This document shows positions 51,364-64,000 of a stretch of 64,000 nt of DNA, one piece after another; position 1 is the stretch's first letter, and every line of letters starts with the position of its first letter. The position numbers were made by a program, and so were the translations under genes. The notes under the pieces are model-generated. The model ran no database searches. It saw nothing but the letters and a program-made list of their open reading frames with translations, and was not told the DNA's origin. Source of the stretch: Octopus sinensis (lineage: Eukaryota); contig NC_043011.1 in the NCBI RefSeq assembly GCF_006345805.1, positions 14,954,464 to 15,018,463 on the forward strand. Direction: 5' to 3'.

Positions 51364-52184
51364 TATAATTTTGCTAACGCTTATCACTCCTTGTTGGAGA
51401 AATTACCAATGCTTCTCTTGGTTAAATATAAACCATAGCTTTCAATTTGTGACCACGCTCGTTGTTAATGAATAGTTCTGCGAAGACCTTTTAAACCCTA
51501 GAGCCCCTCAAAGGGTATGCGCTGAGATTCAACTTCATGGCGTTAAGTCGACGAGCGGTAGACATTCGTTTATTTAGCGTTAAGTAGTCAAATGATAAAC
51601 ATTACCAAGAGAGGACTCCTGTTAATCGCAGACAGCAATAATTAGGATTAGCTTAACGTTGCTTCTGAATGATTAATGTTTATGGTTGTATTTCGTGTTC
51701 TTTAAATTAGCAGATTTTAGTGATGTCGGGATGAGAGTTGCTTAAGTGATCGATTAATCATTCTGTTATCTACTGTGCAATTCTGAAGCAGGAAGAACTA
51801 AGACAAAGGAGGAGACAGTAGGTTATTCCGGGTATTTACTTAAATGTGTTTACCAAATATTTTAACTGGTTATAGTGAACCACAGAGGAATGGAATTTCG
51901 AAGATATCTCAACAAATCACACTCGAAAGAAAACATAAAGAAAATATCGATCTTCTTTAAAGTAAACGTGAGAAGAAATTTTGTAGCAGAGAGACAGAGT
52001 TGATTGAATCGATCAATATATTACTGGTACATATTATGTCAAACCTAACTGAGATAATTGATCAGTGTGTAAGGAGATTGTCCCACAACTATATGGTTCC
52101 GAGTTCAATTCCACCGTGCACAAGTCTTCTACTATAACCATTTCGAGCTGACCAATAACTTATGAATGGAATTTGAAAGACAGA

Positions 52185-52253
<69 letters not shown>

Positions 52254-52254
<1 letters not shown>

Positions 52255-52470
52255 CACCGTCACCGTGACCGACCAGGCTATCAGATGTTGCTACACATCG
52301 CTGGCCACAATGCGCTTCGCATTGTTTTAGCCTTCAAATGACGCCACCCCGCTGACTAAGCGAGCAGGCCAACAGAAGAAAGAGTGAGAGAAAGTTGTGG
52401 CGAAAGAGTACAGCAGGGATCCCCCCCCTGCCGGACCCTCGTGGAGCTTTAGGTGTTTTCGCTCAATAAA
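52254..52470 (-). mobile_element. SINE family 1, tail type B, head missing
   Basis: Near-identical to 62634-62850. Ends in (TA)n where the tRNA head should be. Confidence 0.85.
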
Positions 52471-52679
52471 TATATATATATATAGATATATGTTCACACA
52501 CATACATATACAAAGGCACGTGCACACACATGCACATACATATATGTACATTTGTATTTATGTATATATAAGTTCTATTTCTCTTTTTCAGTTTTGAGTT
52601 AATAATTTTGGGCGGCCACCTGCTTTACTTGGTAGCAATGTTTTGAAGTAAAGCATGGTGCTTTGTTCATCGTCCTTTA

Positions 52680-53440
52680 AATCTTAAGAATGTCTTGCAG
52701 ATTTTTATAGTCCCAGATATTGTAATCGTTTGTAGTGCATGAATTAAAGGAGTCGCGTTCTGTCCCCATGAACCCAAGTTCAAACATACTTTGCTCCAGA
52801 CGGGCTTGTACATATCCTGTTGCTTTAATAATAATAGGTATGAAACTTAAAGTATATCATTCGTACTGGATTTGCAAACCCCTTATCAGTGATCCATAAA
52901 TGTATTCTTTCTCCTGTATTTTTTCTAATCACATTCGTGTCCATAAGGCAGCTGATTTCCACAACATAACATATCTTTTTTCTTGTGGTCCCACACAACA
53001 ATATCTGGTTGGTTGTTTTAACTTGGTGGCTCTTTTCATTTTTAAGTTTCAGCAAAATTATTTTAATTCGTCGGTCTCAGTTTAGCCAGCTTCGCCAATT
53101 GGTGTTTTCTTTTTTGTCATCCTGTTCCAGACTGTTCTGTTCTGGTCAACGCATCATGTCCCATGGGAAGACATTATTTCGCATTTGGTAACAATGTCGT
53201 TGATGTCTATATTTCACAGTCTATATTAGTTATCTATGTTTTCTGCCTTTTATGCTGCAGGTTCTTGGTGGGGATATCCTGTTTTTGAATTGCATGGAAG
53301 TAGTCTTCGAAGTGGGATGTCATAAACTTGTCTGCGCTCCATGCCAAACTTTAGATATGATCAGTTATTTCTATGGTTTGTGTCTTACATGCCAAGTACA
53401 CACGCATTATCTTTTTTGTGGCAAACAATTTATTCAAACA
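52680..53440 (-). mobile_element. Fossil R4/Dong-like non-LTR element (restriction-like endonuclease end)
   Basis: Broken frames give AIQKQDI, KKICYVVEISC..DTNV, IIIKATGYV and IHALQTITISGTIKICKTFLRFK, resembling RLE-LINE C-termini. Decayed sequence probably continues at ~53830-54100. Confidence 0.6.
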
Positions 53441-53471
53441 ATAATAACTCTCTGAGCGAGTATAAACAGTA

Positions 53472-53796
53472 GCTGCACGACATCGTGAAGTATATTTGCC
53501 ACTTAAATGTGGCTAACCCCTAAGGGTGGATGCTACTGTAGCTTGTAGCCCCAGGAGGACACCTCCTCCAGCTGGCTATTGACACACTTTCTGTGCCCTA
53601 TCAGTAATTGCAAAGGGAAGCCTTCCTTTTCCTTTTCAACCTGTATGAATCACACGGACTCGAGTTTCTGGGTATTGACCCGTCATCGGCGTGTGACAAT
53701 CACCGATTGCCGATAAAAAGTGAGTTCCCTTCATAAATATATTATATCCCTTTTCCAGTGACGAAAAGTCACTGATATCGAAAAAGTGTAAACAAG
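53472..53796. mobile_element. Insertion flanked by a ~33-bp direct duplication
   Basis: CAATAATAAnTCTCTGAGCGA(A)GTATAAACAGTA at 53439-53471 and 53797-53830. Confidence 0.6.
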
Positions 53797-54201
53797 CAAT
53801 AATAAATCTCTGAGCGAAGTATAAACAGTATTTATTCAAAGCTTTTTGTTTATAATCTGTAGATTTATATTTTAATTTCTCAGATGTCGCTATTAGTTTT
53901 GTTTCAGCTAGTGTAGTTTGGAATATAAGGGGTTGGATTTTGAGTCCCCTAACTGCAGTCTTAGTTTCCCTTAACTGTTCTTTATGTCACGTGAATCGTG
54001 TTGCATTTGATGACAACGAGAATCTGCGAGATAATTTTTCGAAGAAACAGAATTTGTGACCCCAGCCTGGCACTGAATATTTACTTTTGCTTTCATTTTA
54101 CGGCTCCAGCTCCTTGCTAGCAATGTTGGCTAGCAATGTTACTCATGACACACATAGCTAAAGATTTATAGTTTTATATGTATGTATGTCTATATGTCAG
54201 G

Positions 54202-54750
54202 TCACTTTCGAGTGCTACTGGTAACATGTAACCCAGTACAACCTGTTGCATGGTCTGGTCGTCGACGACTAAACCAGCAACCCCACCAAGCTTGCTTGGT
54301 GAGGAGGGTGTTTATTGGACACCCTGCGGGATGAAAAGCAAAACCCGTCAAAGGGCGGAGGAACTCTTGAGAGTCAACAGCCATCCAATAAATGTCTTAA
54401 GGCTGCATCATGCGCGGGGACATAGAAATAATCGGACTGAATAGTCGATCGCGCGATTAAACCATTGGGAGTGAAGGACTCCTAGCCTTTGTTAGGGCAT
54501 CCTTCTAGGAGAAGGCAACTCAGGTAACTGGGATAACTCCGACATAAAACCTGCGGCTCAGTGGTTACCGATGATGTTGACGTGTTCTTCCTTTCGGATT
54601 ATGGCTGCTGTTGCTTAGTGAGTGGGATTGACTCAGTGCACAGCCTTTCCTCACTTAAAAAAAAATATTCTTGCACAGGCATTGCACGATAACAACATCG
54701 ATTAAGCTTCGTGCAATGGCCATACTTGATAACGATGGGGCAGCCACCAT
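54202..54750 (+). mobile_element. Non-autonomous RTE-related element ending in (ATGT)n
   Basis: Contains CTAGGAGAAGGCAACTC, resembling a motif seen in RTE 5' regions (recalled, not aligned). Has a homolog at 43835 and a microsatellite tail. Confidence 0.5.
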
Positions 54751-54951
54751 GTATGTATGTATGTATGTATGTATGTATGTATGTATGTATGTATGTATGT
54801 ATGTATGTATGCATGTATGTATGTATGTATGTATGTATGTGTGTGTATGTGTGTATGTATGTATGTGTGTGTGTATGTATGTATGTATGTGTGTGTATGT
54901 ATGTATGTATGTATGTGTGTGTATGTATGTGTGTATGTATGTTTGTTTGTA

Positions 54952-54982
<31 letters not shown>

Positions 54983-55091
54983 ATGTATGTATGTATGTAT
55001 GTATGTATGTATGCATGGATGTATGTATGTATGTATGTATGTATGTATGTATATATGCATGTATATATGGAGGTGTGTGAGTGCGAGCATC

Positions 55092-55123
<32 letters not shown>

Positions 55124-55160
55124 AGTGTGTGTGTGTGTGTGGTGTGTGTGTGTGCACGTG
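54750..55160. repeat. (ATGT)n/(GT)n microsatellite
   Basis: Directly visible. Confidence 0.95.
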
Positions 55161-56254
55161 CTTGTGCATATCTTTCAGTGTTGTATTACGGCAAAAAATA
55201 TTAACATCGACGAGGAAACCGATATCCTTGTTCTTTCTAGGAGAATTCCCTTGTGATATCTTTGCATTCCGAATAACTCAGACAAACCTAGTCACATTCG
55301 CTGACGTTAATGCAGAGAACTAGGAATTGGCTCGCTGCAAATATGTAAGCAACAACATTCTTGTTGACAATACGCATTATAAATTAAACTAAGTAGCTAA
55401 CTAGCTAGCTAATTAACTAACTTGATAACTAAATAACTAAACACTAAGAGTAATATTTCTCTTTCACTCTCTCTCTCTCTCTCTCTCTCTCGCTCTCTCG
55501 GATTCTTTACGTCTAATTCTGTCGCTTTAAATAAATACAAGAGTATCAACTTCAAGAATATGAACAATAGAGCATGTGATGTCAAGATGAAAATTATATT
55601 ATTTAATTATATACATTTGATAGAAGCGTGTCAATTCAGACTGATGTAATCGTTATAGAATGTCAAGAAATAACTTGGCACGATTTAGTTACAGTTCAAA
55701 TCCTATCAACTTTAACTTTCACCATTCCAGTGTCAATAAAATAAAATACCCATCAAGACCTGGAGTCTTTATATTTCTTGATGTGAATTGGAATTATAAT
55801 AGAAGGCAAAATAAGGAAGAACTCCTTTAATGGTTGCATCACTTGGAACATTGATGTGAGCTATAAATCCTTAATTTACACCAACAGTTTGAAAAGTACT
55901 GTTTTTTAAGTTCGATATAATGTCATAATTTTAATTTTACTAGTGCTCTTTACTTTGCATGTTGTTTATATTCTTTAGTGTCATTATGAGTTGAGTAGGA
56001 ATGTTTATTGTCACCACTCCTTTTCCCGATTTTTACGATTTGGATTGACATGTGTAGCCGTTGTTGCAGTACTATCACACTGGGTATGATATCAGTCGAC
56101 TGATATTTGCAGACACTATGATGTCATTTGACCTATGAAAAAGTGATCACCAAGTATCCACTAAATGGCTTCGCTGCAGAATTCTGCAAGGCAGAGATGA
56201 GAATTAGTGTTGCAAACACAAACATTGGTCTACTCAAGAAGGTTTTGCCAGTGC

Positions 56255-56545
56255 ATCATCATCATTGTTCGACCGTAGTCGAGACAATGGAATTTACTAT
56301 GCTACGCCAGACTTCACGGTCCATCATAGCATTACGGAGGTCCTGTGTCCGTGGAGGTTACATCAGAGTAGGAGAGTGCGCACCCTCTGGTATCACGAGT
56401 AGATGGCTTCCAAAGGAGAAGAGTAGAAATTGCCTAGTTTTCAGCTCTACAACAATGTCCAGCAAACTGGACTCTCCTATCTTTCACAAGAGATGATACA
56501 GGTAGCAGTTTCCCATATATTTGTACTTTGGTTGGATGACGCTTC
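56255..56545 (-). mobile_element. RTE-type LINE 3' end, copy 1
   Basis: Homologous to 57034-57330, with a (TGA)n tail. Confidence 0.75.
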
Positions 56546-57033
56546 CACGAGAGATTTTGAGCCCTCATAAGGAGGCAAGTGCCAGTGCACTCTGTATGTA
56601 AGTAGAACATCACTGAGACAAGTGGAGAAGTTTACGTATCTCAGGGTGATGGGAAGTAGGAGGCTGAATGGGATGCCAGAAGTGCAGGTGTTGACACAAT
56701 AATGCACCAGCTCCATCATTCGATCCTTAGAAGAGAAGAGGTTTTCGTGCCTGTCCTCACTTATGGTCATGAATGTTAGGTAATGATCGAAAGCGTACGG
56801 TCATAAAAGTGGCCGAAATAAAATTCCTTTGAAGGATCCCTGGAATAACGTTACTCGAGAATGTACATAACTCGAAGATCAGTGACTCTCTTCAAGTCAA
56901 GCCGTTACTTCTCTCCAGTAGGAGAACTAGCAGGTAGACTTTGAATGAATGCCCTAATAATATCCATAGATCCAGTTGGTCGCGCTTGGGTAATGTCGAT
57001 TACTTCTGATAAGACTCTATAGAGGTCATCCTA

Positions 57034-57330
57034 ATCATTGTTTGACCGTGGTCGAGAAAATGGAATTTACTATGTTACGCCAGACTTCACGGTCCATCAT
57101 AGCATTACGGAGGTCCTGTTGCTGGATGCCTGTATCCCTGGAGATTACACCAGGGTAGGAGAGTGTACGCCCTCTGGTATCGCGAGCAGATGGCTTCCAA
57201 AGGAAAAGAGTAGAAATTGCCTCGTTTTCAACTCTACAACAATGTCCAGCAAACTGGACTCTCCTACCTTTCACAAGAGATGATACAGGTGGTAGTTTCA
57301 CATATATTTGTACTTTGGTTGGATGACCTA
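57034..57330 (-). mobile_element. RTE-type LINE 3' end, copy 2
   Basis: ORF 57035-57442 C-terminus reads LPPVSSLVKGRRVQFAGHCCR..LWKPS..RGR..DREVWR. Decayed LINE-like sequence continues to ~58480. Confidence 0.75.
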
Positions 57331-58624
57331 TAGAGGTGCCAGAGGTCTTTATCCCTATGACGTTCCCAGGAATAGCAGAAGTATAAAATAGATGAATGAA
57401 AATGTTTCTTTTATTCTCACAGAACGGTGTATCTTTGTTCATCTTAGTTCCTTTTCACTTTCTACGTTCCATATTTTCCTGAAGATGGATTTTGTTGTCG
57501 TTTAGAAGTAATGGTTCCTTTTCATATGTTTTATCTGTTTGATGTTGAGAAGGATTTTGGGAGTGGGGTGGTGGTAACATGTTCGTTGCGTCCATTTGTA
57601 TTTTCAAAGAGCATTTGGACATTTTCATCGGTAATTATTTCTTCTTCATCGCATGGTAGAAGGTGTGGTACTACAAGGTTGGTTCTGCTTGTGATATTGA
57701 GTTTAACGATATTTATTTTGTTACTCACCGAGTTTTGTTTGAAGATCCAGTAGAAACTGGTATTATTGTTTTTGATTAACGTTTTCAGTTCTTCCGAAGT
57801 ATTGGGATCTAAAGTGTAATTTTACTCTGACAATTATAACAATTATGCTTTCTCCCCCGTGTCATCATGCTCTTCCTCGCAGTGCCTTTTACTGAGAATA
57901 CTTCCTGTATGGCTCTATATCCTTCGAGCATCATCAAGGCTTGCACGGTCATTTTGACGGCTCCTGAGCACAGACCACCTTTCGTCAATCCTGTTTTGAT
58001 CACTCACGATACAAAACTCATAGCTATTCACCTACGTCGTCCCACTGTCTCTTAGTGCGACTCTTGTGCTTCTCTTTCCCAGGTCCTGGAGTCAGAATTA
58101 CGTCTGACAATTTCAGCCTTTATTTTGATTGCTTTGCGCTATAGCTTTTGTCTTTTTCTATTAAGAAAACTTCATCCGATACATCCTGGAGGGCCTGCTG
58201 TACTTCATAGCGTGAGGCGTAATTTAATCTGCTTTCGTCTTTTCGTAAGCATAAATATACACATTTTCTATTTGTCTTCTTCAGGATTATCTTCTTTGGT
58301 ACAACACAGAAGTATAGGAATAACGTTTTGTTTTTGCTTGTTTAAATGCGTTTTTCTTGTATTAAATGGTGTTCATTTTCTCTTTTTCCTTATTTGTAGT
58401 CCATTTCCTGTTCCGGAAGCGTTCCCATTTGTTGTTGTTGTTTTTGCTATTGTTCTTCTAGATAGAATACTTTTCATATGTCAGTGAACAAGAAAAATAA
58501 CATCTTAAAAAAAAACAACAAAACCTTAAGAATTTTCCGGTACGGGTAACGCATCACTTGATTCTTTAATTAAGGCTAACTTGTGAAATAGAACAATTTT
58601 TATTCAGTAAGAGCGTGGTAAAAT

Positions 58625-59016
58625 TTTTTCCTTTGTTATAAGAAGACGGCCACAAATTTGAGATGGAAGGTGGTTTGCCATGTGAATTGACACCAGTACT
58701 TTACTGGTACTGTATTTTATTAACTCTAGAAGGATGAAAGACAAATTGGCCAAGGCAGGATTTGAACTCAACATAAACTGTTGGAAAAATTATTGCTTTT
58801 AAATTTTGGTACGGGGCCAGAAGTTTTGAGTAGGGGGAGGATAAGTCGATTACAACGATCCCAGTGTTCAACTGGTACTTATTTTATCGACTCCGAAAGT
58901 ATGAAAGGATGAAAGTCGATTAGACGTCGATGGAACTTGAGCTCAAAACGTAAAGACGGACGAAATGCCGCTAAGCATTTTGTCCGGCGTGCTAACGATT
59001 CCGCCAGCTCACCGTC
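58625..59016 (-). mobile_element. Two tandem SINE family 2 copies
   Basis: Reverse-complement matches at ~58625-58770 and ~58800-59016. Confidence 0.8.
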
Positions 59017-59169
59017 CTACTTTACTGCTGGAAGAAATATTGCAACGCATTTTGTCCGACGCTTTAACTATTCTGTTATCCATCGCTTTACGTAAAGTAT
59101 TAAAAAAATAGAAAAAAAGGGACCCTTTTCGTCATGGCCAGTAATGACGACAATGATGCCGGCGGCAAC

Positions 59170-59531
59170 AACAAAATCATCACCACCACCACCACCACCA
59201 CCACCACCACCTCCACCACCACCACCTCCACCACCACCACCTCCACCACCACCACCACCATCATCATCATCATTAGCATCACCACCACCCCACCCCCACC
59301 CCCACCCCACCATCCCCACCCCCACCCACCACCACCACCACCACCACCTCCACCACCACCACCACCACCATCATCATCATCACACCACACATCATCATCA
59401 TCATCATCACATCATCATCATCATCATCATTGTCATCATCATCACCACCATCATCATCATCATCATCACCACCACCACCATCATCATCATCACCCCCCCA
59501 CCACCACCTCCACCACCACCACCACACCCCC

Positions 59532-59565
<34 letters not shown>

Positions 59566-59603
59566 CCATCATCATCATCACCACCATCATCATCATCATC
59601 ACC

Positions 59604-59637
<34 letters not shown>

Positions 59638-59740
59638 ATAACAACAACAACAGCGGCAACAACAACAACAACAACAACAACAACAGGAACAGCAACAACA
59701 GGAACAACAATAACAACAACGACAACAACGGCTACAATAA
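59170..59740. repeat. (CAC)n/(CAT)n/(CAA)n tract
   Basis: Directly visible. Confidence 0.95.
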
Positions 59741-59949
59741 AGATGGTTTCTTTCATTGCCACAAGAAAACTGGAGATGAAAATGTTATAAAACAATCATA
59801 AGAGGAAAACTGATGAATGGGAGAAGCAGGTGATTTGAATAAACTAGGCTCCACAGTGGAGGACGGGAAGAAGGTCGGTGGTGGAGGATGTTGAACATCA
59901 TTATGATCAATGACCTTGGTAATAGTTTTGGTGACGACGATAGGGGGAG

Positions 59950-60038
59950 GCGGCGGGATGATGATGAGGAGGAGGAGGATGATAATGATGGTGATGATGG
60001 TGATGATGATGATGATGATGATGATCATGATGATTGTG

Positions 60039-60070
<32 letters not shown>

Positions 60071-60072
60071 GG

Positions 60073-60103
<31 letters not shown>

Positions 60104-60162
60104 GATGATGATGGTGATGATGGTGATGATGGTGATGATGATGATGATGATGATGATGATTG

Positions 60163-60193
<31 letters not shown>

Positions 60194-60248
60194 GATGATG
60201 ATGGTGATGATGGTGATGATGGTGATGATGATGATGATGATGATGATT

Positions 60249-60284
<36 letters not shown>

Positions 60285-60534
60285 CTGTGGATGCTGCTGC
60301 TGCTGATGATGATGATGGTTGTGATGATGATGATGGTGATGATGATGATGATGGTAGTGATGATGATGATTATGATGATGATGCTGATGATGCTGCTGCT
60401 GCTGATGATGATGATGGTTGTGATGATGATGATGGTGATGATGGTGATGATGGTAGTGATGATGATGATTATGATGATGATGATGATGATGCTGCTGCTG
60501 CTGATGATGATGATGGTTGTGATGATGATGATGG

Positions 60535-60568
<34 letters not shown>

Positions 60569-60573
60569 GGTCG

Positions 60574-60605
<32 letters not shown>

Positions 60606-60608
60606 GTG

Positions 60609-60703
<95 letters not shown>

Positions 60704-60713
60704 GGTGATGATG

Positions 60714-60745
<32 letters not shown>

Positions 60746-60749
60746 GGTG

Positions 60750-60781
<32 letters not shown>

Positions 60782-60890
60782 GGTGATGATGATGATGGTG
60801 ATGATTATGATGATGATGCTGATGATGCTGCTGCTGCTGATGATGATGATAATGATGGTGGTGATGATGACGACGACCATGACTTTAATT
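59950..60890. repeat. (GAT)n/(GGT)n tract with higher-order units
   Basis: Directly visible. Confidence 0.95.
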
Positions 60891-61522
60891 ACTAAGGGAT
60901 GACAGGAATGGAGGAACGAGGATTGTGTCACTTTCATGCTTCACCCGAGAGCATTAATGGTGCGAGTGAAACGAAATTCTTACATCTGAGAGTCAATTGT
61001 TAGTAGCAACACAGTACAACGCTTGATACAATGTTCTCTGTATGATGCTAAATCACTTTGGTACTTTTGAGATAAGAATCCAATTTTAACGAACGTTGCC
61101 CTCGCCCTTCCCTACCACACTCACGTACCAAATAATTGAATCTTTCTTTAGTCCTCCTCAATAGATATCAGCTTCGAGCAGTTTGCAAGTATAAAACATT
61201 GGCATCTTCATTTGTGATTATATCTCCAACAGAAATCCGCCTGGTCATTTCGCATATTTTCATTTGAATACATAAGAGGGCCTCTACGTGCTCGTCTGGT
61301 TTCCTAGAAATAGCAGCATATTTTCCTTCAATTCACATTCTATTGTTTTAAAAAGAAACAGGATGGGCGATATACATTAGATAGTATAGACGTAGATATA
61401 CATGCTCAGTCCCAAAATGCATTAGGTCTGCTTGATTAATGACAATCTAGGACTAAAGAAGAAGAGGTAGAAGAAGAAAAAGAAGGGTGATATAGACTAC
61501 GCCAGCTGCAGCAGCAGCAGCA

Positions 61523-61885
61523 GGAGGCGCAATGGCCCAGTGGTTAGAGCAGCGGGCTCGCAGTCGGAAGATCACGGTTTCGATTCCCAGACCGGGCGTT
61601 GTGTGTGTTTATTGAGCGAAAACACCTAAAGCTCCACGAGGCTCCGGCAGGGGGTGGTGGCGACCCCTGTTGTACTCTTTCGCCCCAACTTTCTCTCACT
61701 CTTTTTTCCTGTTTCTTGTCCCCGACTTCCTACACAACCGCTGAGCCTGGATGCGCATTCATCCATCCGTCGATGCTCTCGGTGTCGGGGGTTGACCTGC
61801 TTTCTCTTCTGCGGGTCTTACGAATAGTAAAGGACCGCGTTTCGGACTTCTCCCAAGGGACGAAGACCGCTTCGCTCAACAAACA
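61523..61885 (+). mobile_element. SINE family 1, tail type C
   Basis: A box TGGCCCAGTGG, B box GGTTTCGATTCC, shared core, distinct tail, (CAA)n end. Confidence 0.9.
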
Positions 61886-61999
61886 AACAAAACAGCAGCA
61901 GCCACAACAACACCAACAATAACAACAACAATAACAACGACACGGCAACGGTCAGAGAATCGTGTGAAAACTCAGGATCTTTTCAGATGTACCTATATT

Positions 62000-62212
62000 G
62001 ATTTCAAATTTTGACGCAAAGCCGGAAATTTCGGGGGAGGAGTAAGTCGATTACATCGACCCCAGTCTTTAACTGGTACTTATTTTATCGACCTCAAAAG
62101 ACTGAAAGGTAAAGTCGGCCTCGGAGGAATTTGAACTTAGAACGTAAAGGCAGGCAAAAAGCCGCTAAGCATTTTGCTTGGCGCGCTAAAGATTCTGCCA
62201 GCTCGTCACTTT
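62000..62212 (-). mobile_element. SINE family 2
   Basis: Reverse-complement match to the family core. Confidence 0.85.
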
Positions 62213-62633
62213 AGCTCATTCTATATTAATGAAATTTCAATAACTGACACATCGTCAAACCACGCCAAGACTGAGCGTGGCTAAATCTTTAATTTCTAAA
62301 ATATACCACAATATTTCCGTATATAAATACATGTCCCAAAATGTATTAACAGTTTCTGCTTTTATGAACTACGGATATTCATATATCAGCCACTTTCCTT
62401 TGTGTTTTCGTTACCATAATCAGATGAGAGCTGAGCCACTCGATAAAGAAGATGCTTGCCCATGGAAGATAACTTTCCCAGAGAACACCCACCCTTAGTG
62501 GTTAGCCATATTGGGATGGCAAGTATACCACACATTGTCGTGCAGTTACTGTTTATACCTCGTTCAGAGGTTTGTTATTCCTTATAACTTGCATCTATTT
62601 CTCACAAATATCTAAAGTGCAATATAAAATAGT

Positions 62634-62944
62634 CACCGTTACCGTCACCGACCAGGCTATCAGATGTTGCTACACATCGCTGGTCACAATGCGCTTCGCA
62701 TTGTTTTAGCCTTCAAATGACTCCACCCCGCTGGCTAAGCGAGCAGGCCAACAGAAGAAAGCGTGAGAGAAAGTTGTGGCGAAAGAGTACAGCAGGGATC
62801 GCCACGACCCCCTGCAGAAGCCTCGTGGAGGTTTAGGTGTTTTCGCTCAATAAAAAACACTCACAGCGCCTGGTCTGGGAATCGAAACCGCGATCCTACA
62901 ACCACGAATCCGCTGCCCTAACCACAGGGCCATTGCGCCTCCAC
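62634..62944 (-). mobile_element. SINE family 1, tail type B, full length
   Basis: 10-bp TSD ATAAAATAGT at 62624-62633 and 62945-62954, with a tRNA-like head. Confidence 0.92.
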
Positions 62945-63464
62945 ATAAAATAGTACCATACGTATATAAGCAATACGACTGGAGCCAGCAGTCTAATCTA
63001 TCGCCAGTGAATGATTTTTGATGTACCAGGTTTTAGATGATGATGAAATTAAGTATCGGCCCTTTCATGCTTTCCCTAAAATTACTAACAAAATGTCTGA
63101 ATTCAAAATACTCACAATAAGGAGAGAAAACTGGGGGCGGAAGTCTCAGCTCTATTCTATAAGTAATTGTTACACTATTTTCATACCGAGGCTATCAACT
63201 ATTTATTAAACATAATTTTGTGAAATAAAAGAGTGAAAAAGCGCTTTTTGTTAAACAATACACAAAGAGTGTGACTGAAAATTTATATTTTCTGAGCAAC
63301 TAGCTGGATGCCATATTTAGAGTACATAGCTCACATATTTCGTGGGATGCGGAATCAATGGCGTGATTACTCCAGAAATTCCTTAGTTAATAAATGTCTG
63401 AGAAATTGCTAGCCGCCTCCAAATACACACGCCCGCGCATATACGCACAAAACACGTGCAGGAC

Positions 63465-63532
<68 letters not shown>

Positions 63533-63911
63533 CCAGTCTGTCTGTCTGCCTGTCTGTCTGTCTGTCTGTCTGACTGATTGACTGACTGTCTGCTCCTCTG
63601 TATGTGCATATATATATGATATATAATATATAGTATATAATGTAATATATATATATATATATGTATGTATATATGCATGAATGTTTGTATGCGTATATGT
63701 ATGTATATATGTATGCATACATACATATATATATATATATATATGAATGTTTGTATGTATGTACGTATATATGTATGCATACATATATATATATATATAA
63801 TATATATATATATGAATGTTTGATTGCATATATGTATGTATAAATGTATGTGTATATATATTTATATTTATATATATATGAATATTGTATGCATATATGT
63901 ATGTACACGTG

Positions 63912-63997
<86 letters not shown>

Positions 63998-64000
63998 ATA
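63465..64000. repeat. (TCTA)/(TCTG)/(TA)/(TATG) compound microsatellite
   Basis: Directly visible. Confidence 0.95.

Noticed and set aside
54202-54290. Possible HDV-like ribozyme at the 5' end of the RTE-related element
   Set aside because: P4-like and P1-like stems are visible, but I could not find a P2 partner or build the nested double pseudoknot by hand.
59888-60895. 335-aa poly-Asp ORF resembling acidic biomineralisation proteins (aspein/Asprich-like)
   Set aside because: It is (GAT)n read-through with multiple frames open on both strands, no signal peptide and no splice context.
61523-61600. tRNA gene (also the heads at 1246, 7980, 40057, 44359 and 62944)
   Set aside because: A and B boxes are present, but I could not build an acceptor-stem cloverleaf and each continues into a SINE body.

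Overview
AT-rich eukaryotic (animal) DNA dominated by microsatellites and retroposons. The repeat families and the microsatellite load look like an octopus (coleoid cephalopod) genome, but this is pattern recognition and was not searched. There are no prokaryotic features, CRISPR arrays or rRNA/tRNA genes. Almost all ORFs in the supplied track are microsatellite read-through. Main contents: (1) a candidate minus-strand gene for a secreted protein, with an Inr at ~33554, a signal-peptide exon at 32973-32922 and phase-compatible micro-exons at 28403-28345 and 21340-21302; its 3' part was not found; (2) a possible second promoter/first exon with an RFX X-box at ~13.2-13.5 kb; (3) seven copies of a ~410-440 bp MITE with 8-bp TSDs and an internal (CCCTAA)n tract; (4) a TTAA-flanked piggyBac MITE; (5) about 25 tRNA-derived SINE copies from several families; (6) fossil RTE, R4/Dong-like, piggyBac-like and Penelope-like elements; (7) a Penelope-rich block at ~40-48.7 kb with four foldable type-I hammerhead ribozyme motifs, one of which forms the tail of a tRNA-headed SINE (the most interesting observation). 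Boundaries of degenerate repeats are approximate. TSD, splice-site and ribozyme coordinates were read base by base. All folding was done by hand.
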